From assembly GCA_027923505.1 (NCBI GenBank), contig BROI01000008.1, positions 434,001 to 498,000 of the forward strand: a stretch of DNA of 64,000 nt. The letters are read 5' to 3'. The notes beneath the pieces are model-generated. The model was not told the origin of the DNA. It searched no databases and was given only the letters and a program-made list of their open reading frames with translations. Of this stretch, positions 46,619 through 55,147 are shown piece by piece; position 1 is the stretch's first letter, and the number at the start of each line of letters is the position of its first letter. The translations under genes and the position numbers were made by a program. Source of the stretch: Mayamaea pseudoterrestris (lineage: Eukaryota).

Positions 46619-48094
46619 ATGACGGAAGGCGCCTGGCTTCGAGACTTGACCATTCACGACCTGTTACGCCTTGGTTCTTACCTTTCAGAGCAATCGTTGA
46701 GAAATGTGAGCGCTACAACCATCGGCATTGTTCATTTTTCGGCCTCGTGGTGTCCTTGCTTCAGACAAGCATCAGACAGCGACGAGATTTTGCAACAGAA
46801 CCTGCTCAGTACAACGCCAAGAGGTCTTCAAGACGCGTATTGTTTTGCGGCAAGTGTTATTTTGAATGGAACGGAAGATCTACGTCTGTATATAGGCGAT
46901 GACGGTAGAGATACTCCATTCCCTGTGCCTCCAAGTTCACTTCCTGCTATTGCAGTCATTTCGCTACCAGCTGGCGAACTTGTTCCAACAATCGCTTATG
47001 TTAACTTGGCCTCGGAACATATCTATGACGGCCTCATGAGCAACAATAGAGAGTCATTTAAGTTTCTCGCTCGAGAACTTAAGTCTCTTGTCCGTGACCT
47101 TGAGTCGAGTTTCAACATCGCAGTCTCGCCTTCGTCCTGTTCCTCAGCGATTCGCCTCTTCATTGCTGGCGACCGCTCCTCAGTCGGCAAGTCGAGCGTG
47201 TGTTTGGGCATTATAGGAGTTCTCTTACGCCAAGGTTTGACGGCTGACGATTTGGCCTATATCAAGCCTGCAACGCAGTCGGAGAGTACGCAGCTCATTC
47301 AAGTGTATTGCGAGTCAGTAGGAGTTGACTGCGTCCCCATTGGACCTTTGGTCTATTATCGTGGCTTTACGCGAGCCTACTTGGCAGGAGAAACACCCAC
47401 AAGTGAGGAACTTTTGGCTGATTGTGCGAACGCCGTCGATCGAATCGCCCGAGACAAAAAGATAGTCTTGGTGGACGGAGTTGGATTTCCAGCTGTTGGG
47501 TCGATTTGTGGAACAGACAATGCTGCAGTATTAAAAGCCTGCAGCTATCCATCTGAAAATGACGGTGATCATGAACGACGTCCGATGGGAGTCATTCTTG
47601 TTGGTGGCAGTGGTGTCGGTGCCGCAGTGGATGCATTTAATTTAAACGCCACATATTTCAAGAGTAAGGGCGTGCCAGTCCTTGGTGCCATTTTCAACAA
47701 GCTATCCTTGACAGGTTTCTACTCCCTGGAGAGCTGCAAAGAGCAAGTTACAAGATATTTTGATATGCAGCAGCAAAACAATGAACATAACTATATTCCG
47801 TTCGGTTTTGTGCCAGTTGTACCCGAGATAGCAGAGATAGCAAATTATGATCATGGGATTGCGAATGCCCATGATTTTGTACGTATTTTCAACGAGCAAG
47901 TCGACGTTGCGGCCATTGTCGCGAGTGCAACCGACGTTGATGGTAAGGGTAGAGCGCTTGTGCCCATGGTTCGAGCAAAAAAGGATGGGTTTAACTCTGA
48001 TGAAGCTCTTGCTCGTACGAGTAAGTCTAAGCTTCGTTCAAGACTACAGATTGAGTCAGAGGCTGTCATGTCTGGTGCGCAAACGTCAGCGTGA
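46619..48094 (+). CDS. Thioredoxin-like domain fused to a BioD/Pta-N (AAA_26) type P-loop NTPase
   Basis: N-terminal IVHFSASWCPC. C-terminal LFIAGDRSSVGKSSVCLG, AYIKPATQ, VLVDGVG and GAIFNK. Confidence 0.7.
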   Translation: MTEGAWLRDLTIHDLLRLGSYLSEQSLRNVSATTIGIVHFSASWCPCFRQASDSDEILQQNLLSTTPRGLQDAYCFAASVILNGTEDLRLYIGDDGRDTPFPVPPSSLPAIAVISLPAGELVPTIAYVNLASEHIYDGLMSNNRESFKFLARELKSLVRDLESSFNIAVSPSSCSSAIRLFIAGDRSSVGKSSVCLGIIGVLLRQGLTADDLAYIKPATQSESTQLIQVYCESVGVDCVPIGPLVYYRGFTRAYLAGETPTSEELLADCANAVDRIARDKKIVLVDGVGFPAVGSICGTDNAAVLKACSYPSENDGDHERRPMGVILVGGSGVGAAVDAFNLNATYFKSKGVPVLGAIFNKLSLTGFYSLESCKEQVTRYFDMQQQNNEHNYIPFGFVPVVPEIAEIANYDHGIANAHDFVRIFNEQVDVAAIVASATDVDGKGRALVPMVRAKKDGFNSDEALARTSKSKLRSRLQIESEAVMSGAQTSA

Positions 48095-48328
48095 GGTTAG
48101 GCCTCTTTCTGCAGTTTGCATCGTTTACGTGTCGGGTGGTGGTTTTGGAAACATTTTAACAAATGAATGACGCTGCTGCAATGCTTCCGCCGTTGTAACA
48201 GCTGACGCACTCCTACGTTACCCCAATGGGCACTCTAAATTGCAGAAAGAGGCAAATAAAATGATATATTACCTGTTTAATATGTACATGTGGAAGCTTA
48301 AGCCTTTGCGGCGGGTATTGCACATTTT

Positions 48329-49521
48329 TCACTTCGTCAGCCAACCTCCATGTAAATATTGAAAATGCTCTGGTGCAGCAACTCGCTCATGAATATTCGC
48401 CAGACATTCAAAGTCTGATTCGTTTTGTCCAATGGCACTATTGAACAGTGCTTCATTGACTTGATGTGTCTGTCCTCTAAAAACATAGCCATTTGCTTGA
48501 TCAATCTTGGCCAGAACGCGTCCAACGGACTCGGCACTGTTTATGTCCAAAGGCACAAACGACAAGAGTCCAAAGTCTTGCACGACTTCGGCCATTGACT
48601 CATGAAGTTTGCGGAATTTTTGTTGAAGTCTTGATTGCCGTCGCCGCTGTCGTGCCTTTTGGTATTCATCATCGTCCGCCAATGCGTCCCACAGATCCTG
48701 GTTGCTATCGATTGCAAGGTTTGAAGTGTCGAGGAATGGCAGCAAGCGATCAAGATTAAGACATTCGGTAAAAAACTGAACTTGCATGGGTAGAAACATG
48801 TTGCTGGCATTGTCGTGTCCTTCTTCGAGGCTTGATGTGACTAGATCGGCTTTCGATAAGACACTGACAGCTGGTAATTCGAGACGTAAGAGCATAGTTG
48901 TTCCTAGCAAGGCAGCAGATATAAATTTAGAAGCATCTGTACAGTACTGGAAATCAATCAGCTGAACCATTGTCATTCGTAGCTGTAATAGAGATTCAAG
49001 GCGGTGCAAAATGTTGCGCGCACAGGAACTGTGTGTATAGAGCTCAACCTGCCCAGGAAAATCTAACAGCAAATACGAATCAGCTTGTATCCGCTGCTCG
49101 ATAGCTTGAGCAATCTCTTCCAAATGAGCTTCTATGTATTCCATACAATAAATAAGACCTCCATTAGGTCCCAACTGCGTTTCCTCGCAGACGGCTTGCA
49201 ACGTGACAGCTTCGCGGCAAACGTCGTAGGCGGCTTCCAAAGGAAGCGATTCGTTGGCTGGATCAAGGTTAATGACCTTTGCCTTACGACCCAACAATCG
49301 TAAATACTGTTGCATTCCATCGCAAAAGGTTGTCTTGCCCTGCACATGGATGGAGCATTGAGTCAGTATTTTCCGAGATGAGGTGGAGAGGCGAACCAAA
49401 TTTCGGTATCAGATGCATGAGTGACTGGCTCCATTTCATGATATTTCTTTCCATCGGAACAACTTACACTTCCTGGCGGACCGACCACAGCAATCCCGAA
49501 CCTAGGTGATTGTTGAACCAT
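48329..49521 (-). CDS. GPN2: GPN-loop GTPase 2
   Basis: Intron 49340..49467 reconstitutes VVGPPGSGKTTFC. INLDPAN, LGPNGGL, DFPGQVELYTH and VLSKAD are also present. Confidence 0.92.
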
Positions 49522-49551
49522 AGCAATTGTACTCGAGCATACACCCACACC

Positions 49552-50994
49552 ATGGAGGCAATTGATGCATCTCCGCAGTGCCGTCGAGATTCTGCTTCAA
49601 AATCGCACCGTTACTCGTCAATCGCTGAGCGACATCTGCTGATTCTGCTGATCCATCATCATCTTGCATGCACCTCGCACCTCCCATTTCGTATGATGTG
49701 TACTACGTAAACTACTTGTGTATACACTAGAAATCACTGAAAACCCTGCAGTCATTACCTTTTGAAGACTATGAAATTGAAACAGCTAACGCCAATTCTT
49801 GTTTTAGGCAGTCGAGCAACTCTTCGTATCCTTGGGGAAGCGGTCTCACCCGCATCATGTGCATCTTCATCCTCGTCCAAGTTACTGCGTCCGCCTATCG
49901 GTTTAAGGAATCTCGGCAATACGTGCTACATCAATGCTCAACTGCAATGCCATTTCCATATACCATACGTTAGGCAGCTGATAATGGGAGACGCTGTTAG
50001 CAGCATCAACAAGGAGAACACCACATTACAACAATCATCGAATCTTACCGACTCGGAAACAATGTCATCGCCACCACCAGTTGCAAGCGGTGCCCTGTTA
50101 GCACTTCGTCACGTATTCAGAGACATGTATCAGTCAAGTATTCCAGTCGCCCCGTCAATCCTTTGTATGAAACTTGGAATTAATGCATACGAGCAGCAAG
50201 ATTCCCAGGAGTTTTGGAAGCTTCTGCTACCTGCTATTGCTTTGCCTGCATTGACCGACCTTTACCAGGGAGCGTATATCGACTATATTGTCGCGCTGGA
50301 CGGTTCGAAGAGAGAAAAGCGACGAGAAGAGACGTTTCTGGACTTGTCGCTGGATTTGCAGTCTTCCGATGGATCCCTGGATACGGCCTTGGCAAGTCTC
50401 TTCGGACCGCCCGAATTACTTTCAGTTGCGCAAGGCAATGGTTGGCGACCGGAAAAGGGAGCCGACAAGGTTGATGCGCACAAGGGGTCAATATTAACGG
50501 CACAAGGACTGCCTCCGATACTACAGCTGCATCTGAAACGGTTTAACTATGACTGGAACACGGAAACGACCGTCAAGCTGAACTGCCCTCTTGCTTTTCC
50601 TTTGGAACTAGATCTGGGTTCGCTCTGCGATAAGAAAGGCCAGGGCAAGGTGACACCACCTCCGAGTTATGATCTTCAAAGTATTGTTGTCCATGTTGGA
50701 GAGTATGGAGCCGGCCATTACTACGCTTACGTACGAATGGATGTTACTTCCGACAACTGGTTTCGCTTTAACGATCAAGAGGTGGTCAAAGTATTATGGG
50801 AGGAAGTTTTGGCCGATGCTAGCAATGCTGCAATACCAAAACCTACTTGTGGCAGGGGTATGTTTGCACGTTTGTCGAGAGCGCTATTTCCCAAGCGAAC
50901 TACACATGGATACGGTGGTCGATCTAGCAGTGCGTACGTCCTCCAATACGTGCGTCGATCGGACCTACCAATGTTATATTTAGATAATTCATAA
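49552..50994 (+). CDS. Ubiquitin-specific protease (peptidase C19); 5' exon tentative
   Basis: Cys box GLRNLGNTCYINAQLQ, QQDSQEF, LHLKRF and His box GHYYAY..WFRFND. A putative first exon 49552..49690 with intron 49691..49807 keeps frame. Confidence 0.85.
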
Positions 50995-51057
50995 CGTATG
51001 TGCAAAGCCATTGCGGAATTATAGACATGTTACATGGAGTTTTCTATGCTGGTGACT

Positions 51058-52407
51058 CTATAAAGTGCGCATTGTAGCAGCTAAATGAAACTGCTCGGCG
51101 AGTACCCTCTCAAACGACTCGTCAATTGTCTTTGCTATCCGTATCATATCCTCAGGTAGCGGCGCATCAAAGTCCATCACTTTTCCAGTTATTGGATGCT
51201 CCAGCTGCAATCGATAAGCGTGCAATAGCGGTCGATCCAACTGGTGCGTCTTGTATAATTTCTTATTCCAGTCGGCGAGTCCATATACAGTGTCGCCGTA
51301 GATTGGCGTTTTACGATCCTGTAAATGAACGCGTACTTGGTGCGTACGCCCAGTGATGATTCGCACTTGCGCCAAGGCAAGTTTGCCGTTAAACACTACG
51401 GAGTCGACAAAGGACATTGCCTTGCGCCCTTTAGATTCCATGGCAGCGGTCGGCAATTGCCGTTGTGACGAGCGATGAGGATCTGGCACGACGCGCATTC
51501 GTTGGCGGTGTATGGGATGCCTTTCAATTGGTTTGTCAATCTTCACGTCAGACCCAGGGTTTCCTACCGTTATAGCCAGATATGCTTTCTTTACGCGCCG
51601 ATCCTTAAACGCTTGCGACAGTTTGGCGAGGGCATCTTTCGATTTGGCCACAACAATTATTCCTGTGGTTCCCTTGTCGATGCGATGAACAATGCCTGGG
51701 CGGAATGACGTTTCATCGGCGATCGTTTCGTCGTCTGCAAAGTCGCCGGGTCCATAAGGACTCGTGGTAGTCAGGTAATAAGCCAGAGCGTTGCAGAGAG
51801 TTCCGTTCCAGTGACCGACGGCAGGATGCACTACCATTCCTGCTGCCTTGTTGATGACAATCATGTGTTTATCCTCAAACAAAATATCCAGATGAATTTT
51901 TTCCGGCTGGATGTGAGTTAGGTTTTGCGGACCGATGGCGGAAAGTAGTAGCTGCAAGGTTTGACCTTGTTGAACCTTATGGGACTTGCGATGCACCGGC
52001 ATTTTCCTATCGTCCTCATCCACAAGCCAAACCAGACCATCTGCAATCATGTTGACACATGTTGAACGAGATAACTGCGGTTGACAAGCAACCATTGCGG
52101 CATCGATGCGCAAATTGTGTAAATCGGCGAGAATAGGATAGGAAAGTGCTTCGGATGATGATGAATCCAACAGCAAATCTTCCTCTACATCATATCCCTC
52201 CTCCAGCTGAGTAACGGCATCAAGTTGTTGTTCGTACGCTTCCAATGATTCCAAATCAAACGACGCTTTGGGCGGTGGTTTAGCTGATAAACATGTCGTC
52301 CGCCTCATCGGATTGTTGAAAATCGAAAATGCTTCAATGCCAGTCGACAATGCCAGCGTAAGGAAAGATATCATTATGGCATTCCTGGGCCCTATATCAT
52401 TCTTCAT
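51058..52407 (-). CDS. RluA/RluD-family pseudouridine synthase with S4 domain, probably plastid-targeted
   Basis: Signal peptide plus IEAF, followed by INKAAGMVVHP, RPGIVHRIDKGTTG, TGRTHQVRVH and LLHAYRL..HP. Confidence 0.92.
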   Translation of the reverse strand: MKNDIGPRNAIMISFLTLALSTGIEAFSIFNNPMRRTTCLSAKPPPKASFDLESLEAYEQQLDAVTQLEEGYDVEEDLLLDSSSSEALSYPILADLHNLRIDAAMVACQPQLSRSTCVNMIADGLVWLVDEDDRKMPVHRKSHKVQQGQTLQLLLSAIGPQNLTHIQPEKIHLDILFEDKHMIVINKAAGMVVHPAVGHWNGTLCNALAYYLTTTSPYGPGDFADDETIADETSFRPGIVHRIDKGTTGIIVVAKSKDALAKLSQAFKDRRVKKAYLAITVGNPGSDVKIDKPIERHPIHRQRMRVVPDPHRSSQRQLPTAAMESKGRKAMSFVDSVVFNGKLALAQVRIITGRTHQVRVHLQDRKTPIYGDTVYGLADWNKKLYKTHQLDRPLLHAYRLQLEHPITGKVMDFDAPLPEDMIRIAKTIDESFERVLAEQFHLAATMRTL

Positions 52408-52724
52408 AGTCTAACACTGCTTGCAATCAAGACTGCAAACGGTAAAGGTGCTGTAGAGGTTACAATTATACCTGTTTTTAATCTGACAAGGTCAATTTGA
52501 AAATCGCAAATCGATTGGCTCAAGCAGCTAAACCTATGCGACGATAATTAGTGCCGGACCGACAGTGACTGGCACGAGGTTCGCTGCCTATTACCAGTTG
52601 TACTGGTATCTATCAGGGTATTTAAAGAACCAGTGCAGTATGTACGGTGCTATGTAATACCGGTATATCGGATCCGTTTGCGGTTCCGTAGGCGCATGCA
52701 TGCTTGCTTGCTCAATGGCATGCC

Positions 52725-52890
52725 CACTGAGCTGCTAAGAGGGTGACAAGTTTGATACTGTATAGAAATGAGACTGGGACATGTGCGGTGGCTCATTATG
52801 CTTGGCGCTTAGACCACTTAACAGCATAATTGGTGGCAAGCTGCTGGTGTGAGTGCTTAGAGACAAAGTGGGAGTTACAGATTGGGAGCC
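52725..52890 (-). repeat. Degenerate inverted copy of the 144-bp PSxx repeat unit
   Basis: The reverse complement reads ccagcagcttgccacca...aagcgccaagc...cccagtctc...aacttgtcaccctct, colinear with the 63-kb repeat unit. Confidence 0.6.
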
Positions 52891-52969
52891 TGCAGGGCTG
52901 CAGTACTATACCAACTAATGTATGTGGCCCAGACACACATTAGACAACTTTCAACAGTCCATCCTCAAA

Positions 52970-54084
52970 GCCATGTCCATTACCATAATACACCAGGATG
53001 GTGACAGAACAATTATTTAGGCTGCGCAACAAGATAGTATGCCTGGCAAATGTCTCAGTAGACTGCAATGTGACTGGTGACAACTTCTCACCAGTCTACG
53101 CCAGCAGTTGCCTTGATATTCAATGACAATACATCAGGCCAGGTGTACACCAAATCATACAAGCATGGTGCCAACATAAATATCAGGCTGTGCTACAAGA
53201 TGGTATGCCTGGTGGGTGCCCTAGTAGACTGCAATGTGACTGGTGAGAACTTCTCACCAGTCTGAGCCTGCAGGTGATGCCCTGACATTCCATGGCCAAC
53301 ATAACATGCCATGTATACACCCAAATCACACCAGAATGGTGCCAACATCATTATGCAGTCTGCGCTACAAGATGGTATGCCTGGTTGGTGTCTCAGTAGA
53401 CTGCAATGTGACTGGTGAGAACTTGTCACCAGTCTCAGCCCGCAGATGCCTTGGCATTCAATTGTCCATATAACATGCCAAGTTTACATCCAAATCACAC
53501 CAGAATGGTGCCAACATCATTATTCAGTCTGCGCTACAAGATGGTATGCCTGGTGGGTGCCCTAGTAGACTGCAATGTGACTGGTGAGAACTTCTCACCA
53601 GTCTCAGCCCACAGGTGCCTTGACACTCTATTGCCCATATAACATGCCATGCATACACCCAAATCACACCAGAATGGTGCCAACATCATTATGCAGTCTG
53701 AGCTACAAGATGGTGTGCCTGGCTGGTGTCTCAGTCAACTGCAATGTGATTAATGAGAACTTCTCACCAGTCTCAACCCACAGATGCCTTGACATTCAAT
53801 TGCCCATATAGCATGCCACGTATACATTCAAATCACACCAAAATAGTGCCAAAACATCATTATTCCGTCTGCGCTACAAGATGGTATGCCTGGTTGGTGT
53901 CTCCGTAGACTGCAATGTGACTTGTGACAAGTTGTCACCAGTCTCGGCCCACAGATGCCCTGACATTCAATTGCCCCTATAACATGCCATGTATACACCT
54001 GAATCACACCAGAATGGTGCCAAAATAATTATTCAGTCTGCGCTACAAGATGGTTTGCCTGGCTGGTGCCCCAGTAGACTGCAA
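52970..54084. repeat. Tandem array of ~6.5 copies of a ~169-bp unit with an internal 25-bp palindrome
   Basis: The anchor position recurs at 53077, 53243, 53415, 53584, 53753 and 53924 (spacings 166, 172, 169, 169, 171). The core is GACTGGTGAGAA-C-TTCTCACCAGTC. Confidence 0.95.
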
Positions 54085-54532
54085 GATAGCATCTAGTTTA
54101 GCTACTTATTCGTTTTGCTATTAATACCGTAGACTGTTCGGTCTGACTCTCGTCAGATCGGTCCCTTCCCCTTGTGGCAAAGTGAAAATTCCGGCGCGCA
54201 AAACACGTTTTCGGTACAAGGCCTACACAAATTTCTACGCGGACTATGTGTCTCGGGACTCGAAAACGGTCAACGGATTACATCGGCATTGGACGAAGTA
54301 CGACGCGCCGGTACTCCCGCAAGGAACGACACGGCAGGTGCTACACACTAGCTGGGCATTATTGCATACTAGCTAACAAGCAGTCTTATAAGCATATAAA
54401 ACACCATGTTAGGCAGCTCAAGTGGTGTGCCATTTAATCGCGCCTACCTCCAAATGCATGAAGTATGGTTCAACTCCTCATCACCAGCTTGGCATCCTCT
54501 GAGGCTCACAGTCTGTCTTTAGCAATGATCAA

Positions 54533-54629
54533 GCAGCTTGCCGTCAAGTGTGCTGTCATGTGATCCAAGCGGCAAGCCCAGTGACTCGCCTAGCGCAGGA
54601 CCCATTCTCCTTCCCATTTCAGCACAAAG
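54533..54629 (+). repeat. Left part of the PSxx repeat unit interrupted by the retrotransposon
   Basis: agcagcttgccgtcaagtgtg...gcaggaccc matches the 144-bp unit and continues in register at 62930. Confidence 0.85.
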
Positions 54630-55016
54630 AGTTAAGGTATCTTCGGATCGGGTTCATATCTCTCCGGTACTCCGGGTCCGTTTCGACACCCATCATGTGT
54701 GGTCGGAATGTTCTTCATGTTGCTTGCTTCACCATGGCAACGCCTTGCTAGTAAAGGCATGCCCCAACCTCTCGCAAGCATGGTTACACTGTCAAACGGT
54801 CTATTATTACATAGGGAATCAGTTGAGGCGATCCGTTTGGCATGCATAACTGTAGTTTTCGCCCAACGCCTCGGGCGATGGTTTTGCAACTTGTTCGCTC
54901 AAATCTCGCTCACAATCTGATAGTCTGGTTGGTCCATAACACTATAAAGCAACAGTTGCATTACAAAGCATCTCCTTTCATCGTACTCAAGTAGATTGCA
55001 TCAAGCATTCTTCACT
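54630..55016 (+). repeat. 5' LTR (387 bp; AGTT...CACT)
   Basis: Identical by eye to 62538..62924. A TATA-like ctataaag lies near 54942. Confidence 0.95.
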
Positions 55017-55029
55017 GGTTACGGGCCCA
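55017..55029 (+). promoter_or_regulatory. Primer-binding site of the internal (half-tRNA iMet) type
   Basis: GGTTACGGGCCCA directly follows the LTR. It is one mismatch from GGTTATGGGCCCA, the Drosophila copia-type PBS complementary to the tRNA-iMet anticodon arm. Confidence 0.7.
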
Positions 55030-55147
55030 AGTTAAAGCCTTACACGCCAACGTTTCCTTCAAGCAAACGATTCCTTTTACGTCGGGACGCCGCCGTTTAA
55101 ACAAGCCAACAAGCCTTTGATATCAAGCTCCATACCCTGCAAGAAGC

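Noticed and set aside
42113..48094. Metabolic gene cluster (aldolase, L2HGDH, SirB, BioD-like)
   Set aside because: The enzymes belong to unrelated pathways and probably different compartments. Adjacency is explained by general gene density.
53077..53811. Series of 62-78 aa ORFs in the tandem array as real genes
   Set aside because: They are by-products of the non-3n repeat unit and begin at GTG codons within the palindrome.
52970..54084. CRISPR-like array (palindromic repeat at regular spacing)
   Set aside because: The sequence between palindromes is itself repeated rather than unique spacers. There are no cas genes and the context is eukaryotic.
54632..54920. 85-aa and 73-aa ORFs duplicated at 62540..62828
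   Set aside because: They lie inside the LTRs, have no recognisable motifs, and are duplicated only because the LTRs are.
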